Source: Tepidisphaera sp. (GTDB lineage Bacteria > Planctomycetota > Phycisphaerae > Phycisphaerales > UBA1924). From it: 64,000 nt of DNA. Below the pieces are notes generated by a model that was given only the letters and a program-made list of their open reading frames with translations, made no database searches and was not told the origin of the DNA. The DNA is taken from contig CP051526.1 in the NCBI GenBank assembly GCA_050916045.1, positions 224,001-288,000 on the forward strand, given 5' to 3'. The translations under genes and the position numbers were made by a program. The stretch's first letter is position 1, and every line of letters begins with the position of its first letter. Shown here one piece after another: positions 45,888 through 54,033 of the stretch.

Positions 45888-47564
45888 ATGACATCACGAT
45901 TCGTTTCCGCCGCCGCGTTCGCGTCCATCCTCTCACTTGGTCTTGCGGGCTTGGCGACGCCGTCGCTCGCTCAGCCGGACTTGTACATCGCCCAGTACAA
46001 GTTCCAGGACGCGGATGTGCGAGCGATGCGACTGGACGGCTCCGATGAGCGGCTGCTTTTCACGATGCCGAGTAACCGGTGGCTTCCGATCGGCCTGTCG
46101 TACTCCACGCAGACGGGCAAGCTCGTGTGGATGGACTCCGCGGGCACCAGCGCCGTCTTTCGGGCGAGCCTCGACGGATCGGGCCTGACTCAGTCACCGG
46201 CGGTGCCGGGCTTCTGCAAAGGAGCGTCGCTGGACGGGCAGGGCCGCGTGTACTTCGGCTCGGACAACCGCGTGATGCGGATCAACGCCGACGGTTCGGG
46301 GGTGGTGACGCTGTACACCTCGCCGACGACGCCGTTCCCGGTGGGGGCGCCGAAGGTGGATGCGACCAACGGGCATGTGTACTTCGGAGATGACGGGTTC
46401 ATCCGGCGGATGAATCTCGACGGGTCGAACGTGAAGGTCATCGTGAGCGGGATCAGCCAGGCTCGCAACATCGCGCTGGACATCGCTTCGGGGTTCATCT
46501 ACTGGTGCGATGCGGACACGATCTCGGACTACATCGGGCGTGCGAAGCTCGACGGGACGGAGTTCACGGTTCTGGTGGACAACTCTCCGAGCGTGGTGCA
46601 GTCCAGCGGCCTGCTCGACCTGATCGTGGCGCCCGCGCTGGACACCATCGTCTTCGCGGACGACATCGCCGACCGCGTGAACACGACGCGTCTGGATGGC
46701 ACGGACAACACGATCATCTTCAGCGCTGTGCTTGACCAGAGTCCTTCGGGGATCGCACTCTCGACCGGCGAACCCGCGCAGGCCCTCCTCGACATGAACG
46801 GCAACGGTGTGCAGGACGACGCCGACATCGCCGCGGGCGCGCCCGATTGCGACAACAACGGCATCATCGACACGTTCCAGACAGACCCGTGTCCGCAGAG
46901 GACGTTCCTGCTGGACCAGGGTTCGCGAGCGGATCTCTCGAGCGGCAAAGCCATCGGTGAGCTCTCGGTCTGGGAGATCTTCCAACTCTTCCAGGTTCCG
47001 GCGGGCGGCTGGGATGTCGGCGAAGTCGGCCTCGACGGCTTCACGGTGAACTACCACGACGGCTCGGGGTTCACAGCCAGGTTTCTGGCCGATGATGGCA
47101 CGGGGCAGTTCCCCGACGAGAGCCAGGTCTTTGCGTCGGTCGCAGGCAACTTCAGGTTCAACACCAACTACGAGAACTGGGTGTACCTGCCCGTCGCGAC
47201 GCGCCTCGAAGCCGGGCTTTACTGGCTCCACGTGAAGAGCACCGCGCCGACGACCTATCCCAACACGTACCACGGCGTCGCGAATCTGGGCGTCTCGGGC
47301 CTGGGGTCAAAGTCGCGCGGCTCGAGCGGGAACTTCACGATCTTCGGAAGCCCGATGGCGATGCGAATCGTGGAGGGCGTGCCAGAGCTCTGCGGAGATT
47401 TTAACGGCGACCAGTTTGTGGACTTCTTTGACTACGACGCGTTCGTGACCTGCTTTGAGACGCTGGCTTGTCCGCCCGGGCGCTCGGCGGACTACAACGG
47501 CGACCAGTTCGTCGACTTCTTCGACTATGACGACTTCGTGAGCGTCTTCGAGAACGGCTGCTAA
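45888..47564 (+). CDS. Secreted protein with YWTD/LDL-receptor-B-like propeller and C-terminal dockerin-like domain
   Basis: Signal peptide SLAQP; repeated VYF/IYW...RxxLDGS; DCDNNGIID; DFNGDQFVDFFDY and DYNGDQFVDFFDY ending GC. Confidence 0.82.
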   Translation: MTSRFVSAAAFASILSLGLAGLATPSLAQPDLYIAQYKFQDADVRAMRLDGSDERLLFTMPSNRWLPIGLSYSTQTGKLVWMDSAGTSAVFRASLDGSGLTQSPAVPGFCKGASLDGQGRVYFGSDNRVMRINADGSGVVTLYTSPTTPFPVGAPKVDATNGHVYFGDDGFIRRMNLDGSNVKVIVSGISQARNIALDIASGFIYWCDADTISDYIGRAKLDGTEFTVLVDNSPSVVQSSGLLDLIVAPALDTIVFADDIADRVNTTRLDGTDNTIIFSAVLDQSPSGIALSTGEPAQALLDMNGNGVQDDADIAAGAPDCDNNGIIDTFQTDPCPQRTFLLDQGSRADLSSGKAIGELSVWEIFQLFQVPAGGWDVGEVGLDGFTVNYHDGSGFTARFLADDGTGQFPDESQVFASVAGNFRFNTNYENWVYLPVATRLEAGLYWLHVKSTAPTTYPNTYHGVANLGVSGLGSKSRGSSGNFTIFGSPMAMRIVEGVPELCGDFNGDQFVDFFDYDAFVTCFETLACPPGRSADYNGDQFVDFFDYDDFVSVFENGC

Positions 47565-47583
47565 GCAAGATGTGACTCAAGCA

Positions 47584-47620
47584 AACGGCCGCGCGAGTCT
47601 TTCGCGCGGCCGTTCTTGTT
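47584..47620 (+). terminator. Intrinsic terminator (possibly bidirectional)
   Basis: 13-bp stem aacggccgcgcga / tcgcgcggccgtt plus cttgtt. Confidence 0.8.
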
Positions 47621-47683
47621 GTCAGAAGATCGAACCAGAGGGTGAGGCAGGGCTTCACCCTTCTGCGTGACTTGGGTTCAGCT

Positions 47684-48082
47684 TTACTTGGGCTCAACCG
47701 GCTTGCTGGGCGTGCCGCCGGTGGTATCGCCCGGCGTGTTCGCGGGCGGGTTGGCCGCGGGGGCTTTGGGATCGACCGGGGGTGTGTTGGGCGTTTCGGC
47801 GGGGGGCGAGCCGGGGTTGTTGGCCGGCGGGTTGGCGGGGTTGTTCGCCGGGTTGTTCGCGGGCGCGGCACCCTGATCGATGACCGGAACCTGCTCATTC
47901 GCGGGCGGGGCTTCCATCGCGTCGCGCGGGCGCTGGGGAGCGGGCTGGCCGTTCACGGCTTTGGGCTGGATGGTTTCTCCGCCGGCACCGGTGAGGTACG
48001 CCCCGGCGAAGCCGCCGACGACGATCCCGAGGATGAGCCCGGGCAGGAACGCTTTGGTGAACGAGTTATCGCGCTGAGGCAT
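47684..48082 (-). CDS. Small membrane-anchored Pro/Asn-rich protein
   Basis: TM FLPGLILGIVVGGFAGAYL then (ANNP)n low-complexity tail. Confidence 0.65.
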   Translation of the reverse strand: MPQRDNSFTKAFLPGLILGIVVGGFAGAYLTGAGGETIQPKAVNGQPAPQRPRDAMEAPPANEQVPVIDQGAAPANNPANNPANPPANNPGSPPAETPNTPPVDPKAPAANPPANTPGDTTGGTPSKPVEPK

Positions 48083-48204
48083 GGGAAAGCTCCGACTGGT
48101 CGGCCCGCCGCACACGGATGTGCCAAGGGGGTGGGGGGACACTAGGGGCGGCCGGCCGAACAGTTCGACCTGCACCGCGGCTTTTGGACGGCGGACCACG
48201 CCAT

Positions 48205-48408
48205 TTAGCGCATCCGCCTCATCCGATACACCCATCGTCCGTAGTCGAGCACGGAGTGCAGAATCGCCCCCCTCCCCTGCGGATAGCCCCTTCCAAACGC
48301 CGTGTGGAGCCGCCAGGTCCAGTAGGGGCCCCGGAACCTGCCCCGAGAGATCACCGCCAGCCGGGCGAGCTCGTACAGAGCACCGAAAAACTCCCGAATC
48401 GCGGTCAT
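48205..48408 (-). CDS. Small basic hypothetical protein
   Basis: GAGG SD; Trp/Arg-rich GPYWTWRLHTAFG; follows epimerase gene on same strand. Confidence 0.6.
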   Translation of the reverse strand: MTAIREFFGALYELARLAVISRGRFRGPYWTWRLHTAFGRGYPQGRGAILHSVLDYGRWVYRMRRMR

Positions 48409-48421
48409 GCGAACAGATTCC

Positions 48422-49432
48422 TCATGCTTTGGCGAGACTGGAGCGGTACCACCGCATCGTCTCGTCCAGCCCGGCTTGGATGCTGGTCGTGGGCTCAAAG
48501 CCGATCAGCTCGCGGGCTTTGCCAAAGTCGGCCAGGGAGTGCGGCACATCACCCGCGCGGGCGGGCTCGTGGACGGGCTGGAGCGACCGGTGGTCGGACT
48601 GGGCGATCATCAGCGAAGCCAGCGACGTGACCGACGTGGCGTTGCCCGTGCCGACGTTGAGGGCTTCGCCCTTGAGCGGGGCGGGCGCGGCGCCGGCGAG
48701 GAGGGTGGCGAGCACAGCGTCCGCGACGAACGTGAAGTCCCGCGTCTGTGAGCCGTCCCCCTGAATAACCGGGGCTTCGCCCGCCGCGATCTTCTTGGCG
48801 AAGGCCGCGATGACGGCGGCGTAGGCGGAATTGGGGTTCTGCCGCGGGCCAAAGACGTTGAAGTACCGCAGGCTGACCGTGCTGATGCCGTAGCAGGCCG
48901 CCCAGACGGCCAAGAGCGACTCGCCCGCGAGTTTGCTCGCCGCGTAGGGCGAGAGGGGCCTGGGCATCGCCGTCTCGACCCGCGGGAGCCGAGGGTCGTC
49001 CCCGTAGACCGACGAGGAACCCGCGAAAACCACCCGCTCGACCTTGTGGATCCGGGCGGCTTCGAGGATCCGCACCGTGCCCGTCGCGTTGACCGACCAC
49101 GTTCGCTGGGGGAACTCGATCGACCGGGGCACCGAGCCCAGGGCCGCGAGGTGGAAGATCGTGCGCGTGTCGTCGGTGGCGTCGGCGACGGCTTCATCGT
49201 CCAGGATCGAGCCATGGACGAACCGGACCCGCTCGGGTTCGAGCTCGATCAGGCCGGCGAGGTGCTCGAGGTTGGCGTTGGACAGGTCGTCCAGCACCGT
49301 CGTGATCGCGCCCAGCGAGACCAGAGCGTCGCAGAGGTGCCCGCCGATGAACCCGGCTCCGCCGGTCACCAGGACGCGGCGGCCCTGGTAGAAGCCGCGG
49401 AGGCGGTGCACCTTGTCGGCGGGGAGCTTCAT
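48422..49432 (-). CDS. NAD-dependent nucleotide-sugar epimerase/dehydratase
   Basis: [52 protein letters not shown]. Confidence 0.93.
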   Translation of the reverse strand: MKLPADKVHRLRGFYQGRRVLVTGGAGFIGGHLCDALVSLGAITTVLDDLSNANLEHLAGLIELEPERVRFVHGSILDDEAVADATDDTRTIFHLAALGSVPRSIEFPQRTWSVNATGTVRILEAARIHKVERVVFAGSSSVYGDDPRLPRVETAMPRPLSPYAASKLAGESLLAVWAACYGISTVSLRYFNVFGPRQNPNSAYAAVIAAFAKKIAAGEAPVIQGDGSQTRDFTFVADAVLATLLAGAAPAPLKGEALNVGTGNATSVTSLASLMIAQSDHRSLQPVHEPARAGDVPHSLADFGKARELIGFEPTTSIQAGLDETMRWYRSSLAKA

Positions 49433-49510
49433 CAGTCAGAGGATAGGGGCGGCCCCGGAGCGAGGAACGGGGACTCCGGCCGTGGTGAGCTGGCGGCGTG
49501 GGAAAGGCGT

Positions 49511-49562
49511 GGGGGCGGAGTGGGGGTGGTGGGGGTGGTGGGGGTGGTGGGGGAGTGGGGGG
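49511..49562 (+). repeat. G-rich 9-nt tandem repeat (TGGGGGTGG) in divergent promoter region
   Basis: Six G5-G6 runs, three exact 9-mers from 49521. Confidence 0.75.
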
Positions 49563-49580
49563 CGGCTACCATTGGGTCCT

Positions 49581-50144
49581 ATGGGTCTAGAAGCCGCACT
49601 TCCGGGTGATTTGGTCCTGACGACACAGCTCCGCCGCGTGATCAACTGGGCGCGGCGGTCCAGCCTCTGGCCGATGCCGTTCGCGACGGCCTGCTGCGGG
49701 ATCGAGCTGATGGCGACGGCGTGCAGCCGCTTCGACCTCGCCCGGTTCGGTGCCGAGGTCATGCGGTTCAGTCCCCGCCAGGCCGACCTGATGATCGTGG
49801 CCGGCCGCATCGGCATCAAGATGCTCCCGGTGCTGCAGCGGATCTACCAGCAGATGCCCGAGCCCAAGTGGGTGATCTCGATGGGCGCCTGTGCGTCGAC
49901 GGGCGGTGTCTTTGACACGTACGCCACGGTGCAGGGGTGCGACCAGTTCATCCCGGTGGATGTGTACGTCCCCGGGTGCCCGCCGCGTCCGGAACAGCTG
50001 ATCGAGGGCGTGATGGCGATCCAGCGGCACATCGACCAGGAAGGCATGCCGCCTCCCGGTGGCAAGCGCGTCCCGCTGGGCCTGGTGCTTCAGCCGACCC
50101 ACGGCGTGCGCCCGCAGCCGGTGGGCCTGACGCTGGGCACGTAA
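49581..50144 (+). CDS. nuoB: NADH-quinone oxidoreductase subunit B
   Basis: [54 protein letters not shown]. Confidence 0.96.
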   Translation: MGLEAALPGDLVLTTQLRRVINWARRSSLWPMPFATACCGIELMATACSRFDLARFGAEVMRFSPRQADLMIVAGRIGIKMLPVLQRIYQQMPEPKWVISMGACASTGGVFDTYATVQGCDQFIPVDVYVPGCPPRPEQLIEGVMAIQRHIDQEGMPPPGGKRVPLGLVLQPTHGVRPQPVGLTLGT

Positions 50145-50240
50145 GAAGGCCCGAGAAACGAGGATCGGTGTTGGCGGTTGGGGGATCGAGGGTGCCCCTC
50201 CGGGGTGCTGCGCGTTCGGTGCGGGCCTTGGGCCGAACCG

Positions 50241-50650
50241 CCAAGGGCTTTGAGACGACCGCCGACGTGCCGAATGGAACATCCAAGGGTTTGGAGACGA
50301 CCGTCGACGTGCTGAATGGAGCATCCAAGGGCTTGGAGACGACCGTCGACGTGCTGGATGGAGCATCCAGGGGTTCGATGATGACCGTCGACGTGCTGGA
50401 TGGAGCATCCAGGGGTTCGACGATGACCGTTCAAGGCTTTATCAAGGCCGTGAAAGGGTCCACGACGACCGTTCAAGGCCTCATGAAGGCCGTGAAGGGG
50501 TTCACGACGACCGTTCAAGGCCTCATGAAGGCCGTGAAGGGGTTCACGACGACCGTGCAAGGCTTCACGAAGACCGTGAAGGGGCTCACGATGACCGTTC
50601 AAGGCTTCACGAGGATCGTGAAGGGCTGAACGACCACCGTTCAAAGGGGT
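50241..50650. repeat. Tandem array of about 19 21-nt units organised as 42-nt dimers
   Basis: CCA(A/G)GGG at 50241/50283/50325/50367/50409, then alternating T(T/G)CAAGG and TGAA(A/G)GG every 21 nt to about 50640. Confidence 0.9.
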
Positions 50651-50748
50651 TGGAACGGGCTGAAGGGGTCAGGGACAGAGCCGATGGTGGCCGCGCCACG
50701 GGCCACACCGCCGATCGGAGGCCGTTCCGGGATTCCGCGGGGTCGGCC

Positions 50749-51510
50749 TCAAGTGCCGCCGTGCGATGACCGAGCGGTCTTGGCGTCTTGGGCAGCTTTC
50801 AGCGTGCGGACGGCCGCTTCGGTCTCTTTTGCGACCCGCTCCCAGCCTTCGCGGGCGTCGGGAGCGTCGGGGAAGGTGAGCGGCGGGCCGACCGAGACGA
50901 CCATCTTGTGCGGACGCGGGAAGAACTTGTCCGCGGGCATGGATTCGAACGCGCCGGCGATGTGGCAGGGGATCACCGGGACGTTGGTCCCCGCGACGAG
51001 CATGCCCAGGCCCGGCTTGAACGAGCCCATCTGGCCGTCGCGGCTCCGCGTGCCTTCGGGGAAGATGATGAACCCCGAGTCCCCTTCGAGCAGCCGCTCG
51101 CGGAGCTCAAAGAGCGCGTGGGTGGTGACCTTCTTCCGCCAGATGGGGAGGGCGTTGATGAAGAGGGAGGAGAGCACCGAGTGGGCGAGGCTCTTGAAGA
51201 AGACATCGCCGGCGGCGACGGGGTAGGCGTGGGCCCGGGCCAGCCTCGGCAGGATGCAGGAAAGGAGCGGCGCATCGATGTGCGACTGGTGGTTGGAGAT
51301 CATCACGAAGGGCGGCTTGGTCGGCAGGTACTGCTTGCCGACGACCTCGAGGCGGTTGTAGAGGGTGAAGTGGGTGCGGAGGACGCCGGTGGCGGCGTGG
51401 TGGGCGAGGATGGAGAGGAAGCCCGGCTCGCGGCGGACGCTTTTGATGCGTTCGGCGGGGGGGAGGCCGTGGTCGGCGGCGGGCTTGTAAGTCCAGGTCC
51501 GGTCCTGCAT
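50749..51510 (-). CDS. Lysophospholipid acyltransferase family protein
   Basis: SNHQSHID, IFPEGTRSRDG, FKPGLG, PVIP. Confidence 0.9.
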   Translation of the reverse strand: MQDRTWTYKPAADHGLPPAERIKSVRREPGFLSILAHHAATGVLRTHFTLYNRLEVVGKQYLPTKPPFVMISNHQSHIDAPLLSCILPRLARAHAYPVAAGDVFFKSLAHSVLSSLFINALPIWRKKVTTHALFELRERLLEGDSGFIIFPEGTRSRDGQMGSFKPGLGMLVAGTNVPVIPCHIAGAFESMPADKFFPRPHKMVVSVGPPLTFPDAPDAREGWERVAKETEAAVRTLKAAQDAKTARSSHGGT

Positions 51511-51559
51511 TGCGGCGGATGGTAGGGGAGGGCAAGCCACGCTTGCGATGGCGCGAGCT

Positions 51560-52552
51560 TTAGAGCATTCCTGAGAGAATCCGCTGCGGGGCGCCGTCCG
51601 CGATCCCCTGGTAGTACTTGATGATGTGGTACGCCGCGGGGGCGACCATGATGAGGCCCGTGAACCGGTCGGCGAGCCCGCCGTGGCCCGGAAGCGTCGC
51701 CGCCATGTCGCGGATGCCGATATCCCGCTTGATCGAATCGGTGATCAGTTCGCCAAGCTGGGCTCCGATCCCCGTGAGCAAGCCCAGAAGCCACAGGGCA
51801 CCCGGGTCGTCCAGCCGCCCGCCGGGGAAGACCAGCGTGCCAAGCCACGTGACCAGCAGCGCCACGCAGACCACCGCCGCGAGCTGGCCCCCCACGGTCG
51901 TGCCCGGCGAGGTGTTCCGGAAGACCCGGCGGCCCGGGAAGACCCGCGAGAAGAAGAAGGTGAGCACATCGCTCAGCTGGACGCAGAAGAGCAGCATCGC
52001 GAGGATCGGGCGGTAGTTCGGGTCGTTCACGATGAACGCGAAGTGGCCGAGCCCGACGCCAAAAAGCAGGAAGCCGATGGAGGCGAGGGAGACCCGCTGG
52101 AGGTATCCCTGCGGCTTGTCGGGCAGGACCGCCGCCGCCGCGATCAGCACCACCGCCATCGGCTGCAGCGCGACGAAGAGGGCGTACCAGTTGTCCACCA
52201 CGGCGAAGTAGACCGCGACGATCGCGATGAAGGTGAGGGCGCTCAGCCGCTGGTCGCGGAAGAGGCCCGTCGCCCGGGCGTACTCGCGGTAGCAGACGAG
52301 GGAGATCACGAGCATCAGGCCCATCGCGCTGGCCTGGCAGAGCAGGAGCGGCACGATCATCGCGGGGGCGAGGGCCCACCATGTCCGGTAGTTCGCCCAG
52401 ATGTCCGTCCGCCGCCGCGCCGAGATCCGCCCCGAGCGGTCCAGCACCAGCGTGATCAGCGGGGCGAGCACCAGCGCGGCCAATGCCAGACCCGCGCACC
52501 AGAGTGCGACCGGGTGTTCGAAAGCTCCCTTGATCGAGAACAGATGCTCCAT
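51560..52552 (-). CDS. Phosphatidate cytidylyltransferase family protein
   Basis: Polytopic; QLSDV, SPGTTVGG, GELITDSIKRDIGIRDM, LPGHGGLADRF. Confidence 0.88.
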   Translation of the reverse strand: MEHLFSIKGAFEHPVALWCAGLALAALVLAPLITLVLDRSGRISARRRTDIWANYRTWWALAPAMIVPLLLCQASAMGLMLVISLVCYREYARATGLFRDQRLSALTFIAIVAVYFAVVDNWYALFVALQPMAVVLIAAAAVLPDKPQGYLQRVSLASIGFLLFGVGLGHFAFIVNDPNYRPILAMLLFCVQLSDVLTFFFSRVFPGRRVFRNTSPGTTVGGQLAAVVCVALLVTWLGTLVFPGGRLDDPGALWLLGLLTGIGAQLGELITDSIKRDIGIRDMAATLPGHGGLADRFTGLIMVAPAAYHIIKYYQGIADGAPQRILSGML

Positions 52553-52597
52553 CGGACCCGCAGCATACGGATCCTGACAAGCCCCCGGCGGACCGGA

Positions 52598-53764
52598 TCA
52601 GAACATGTCCACCATCCAGGGCGTCCCCTGGCTGAAGAGGTGAGCGGCGGCGGCGAGGTCCGGGCCGGACCCCCGCACCTCGCCCATGAGCGCGGCTTGC
52701 TGGGGCGTCGCGTACCCGGTGTAGAGCATGGCCAGGCCGCGGATCGTCGTCGCCACCGTACCGGGGCCCCCCGGCGTGACCGCTGCCTTGCCGTTCTGGA
52801 CCTCAAGCGTCCAACGGCCTTGGTTGGCCGGGATCAGGTCGTCGGTGACGTCCAGATGGAGCGTGGCCGAGAGGCCGGCGGGGTAGCCGCGGGATTCCAG
52901 AGCGTGCTTGACGCTCAGGATGCGGATCAGAGCCGAGTCCTTGAGATGGGCGGAGTACCGCTGCTGGCGGAGCATCGTGAGCGCTGGGTGGGTCGGCCCG
53001 CCGAAGAAGACCAGGTCCTCGCCCATCATCCGGAAGTCGGCGAGGAATCCCCAGAGCCGGCGGCCGGCTTGCGGCGTCGTGAAGACAAAGTCCGAGAGCG
53101 TGATGTCCTGCCGGCCGTCGGGCCGCCGGCCCTGATGGAGCATCACGTACCCGTCAAAGCCGCCCGAAGCGTTCGCGACCGCGTACCCCAGGTATTCCAT
53201 TTCGCGGAACTTGCGCACGCGGCCCCAGACGTACGGCCCGCGGTCCAGCGTCCCGGTGAAGCGCGACGCGAACTCGGCGTAGCACTGCTTGACGCGGTGG
53301 TCATCCTCGTCGGTGATCGCGTGGAGCGGCCCCGTGTCGTCGGTGATGTCGATCTGCACCAGTGGGACGGCGTACTGAAAGCGGTGCGCGGCGTGCTCAA
53401 ACCCGACGCCGCGGTACAGCGTGTGCGTCGACGCGTAGAGCCCCGCGAGGGCAAAGCCGTCCTCCGCCGCATCCTGCACGAACCCGCGCATCAGCTTCTT
53501 CGCGTAGCCCTGACCGCGATTCTCCGGCGCGACGCCCACACCGGCGACACCCTGCATCGAGACGGACCTGCCGCCCACGTAAAGCCCCATCGGCACGTGC
53601 AGCAGCGTCGCCGCGACGCGCTCGCCGTCGCGCACAAGGCGGAAGTTCGCATCCCCGCCGTGCTTCATCCAGTCCGTGACGCCCTCGGCCGTGCCGGCGA
53701 ACGCCAGACGGATGATGCGGTGGATCGCGGGGCGGTCGGCCTCGGTGAGTTTCGAGAGGTGCAT
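52598..53764 (-). CDS. Eis-like GNAT acetyltransferase with C-terminal SCP2-like domain
   Basis: VAGVGVAPENRGQGYA, LYRGVGFE, RILSVKHALESRGY, LAMLYTG, ends VDMF. Confidence 0.88.
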   Translation of the reverse strand: MHLSKLTEADRPAIHRIIRLAFAGTAEGVTDWMKHGGDANFRLVRDGERVAATLLHVPMGLYVGGRSVSMQGVAGVGVAPENRGQGYAKKLMRGFVQDAAEDGFALAGLYASTHTLYRGVGFEHAAHRFQYAVPLVQIDITDDTGPLHAITDEDDHRVKQCYAEFASRFTGTLDRGPYVWGRVRKFREMEYLGYAVANASGGFDGYVMLHQGRRPDGRQDITLSDFVFTTPQAGRRLWGFLADFRMMGEDLVFFGGPTHPALTMLRQQRYSAHLKDSALIRILSVKHALESRGYPAGLSATLHLDVTDDLIPANQGRWTLEVQNGKAAVTPGGPGTVATTIRGLAMLYTGYATPQQAALMGEVRGSGPDLAAAAHLFSQGTPWMVDMF

Positions 53765-53779
53765 GCGTGGGATCGTCCT

Positions 53780-53980
53780 TCAGCCGCCGCCGACCAGCGA
53801 GACCAGTTCGACCGAGTCACCCTCGGCGAGCACGGTCTCGGCGTGGCGCCGCTTGGGAACCAGGGTCTTGTTGACCTCGGCGGCCACGGCGGCGCGACCG
53901 AGGCCGAGTTCCTCGATGAGCGCGGCGATCGTCGTTCCGGGGGCGATCTCCCGCTTGGCGCCATTGACGGTGACGGTCAT
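53780..53980 (-). CDS. thiS: Sulfur carrier protein ThiS
   Basis: VTVNG, AAEVN, GDSVELVSLVGGG C-terminus. Confidence 0.92.
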   Translation of the reverse strand: MTVTVNGAKREIAPGTTIAALIEELGLGRAAVAAEVNKTLVPKRRHAETVLAEGDSVELVSLVGGG

Positions 53981-54033
53981 GGACAAATATATGAGCCAGC
54001 GGCCCCTCGGGATGCACGCTCCAATGATCCGTC

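Noticed and set aside
7830..47564. Diversity-generating retroelement TR/VR pair among the similar dockerin-coding segments
   Set aside because: Similarity is explained by a shared protein motif, differences are not adenine-specific, and there is no reverse transcriptase
50241..50650. CRISPR array
   Set aside because: Contiguous tandem units with no unique spacers and no cas genes
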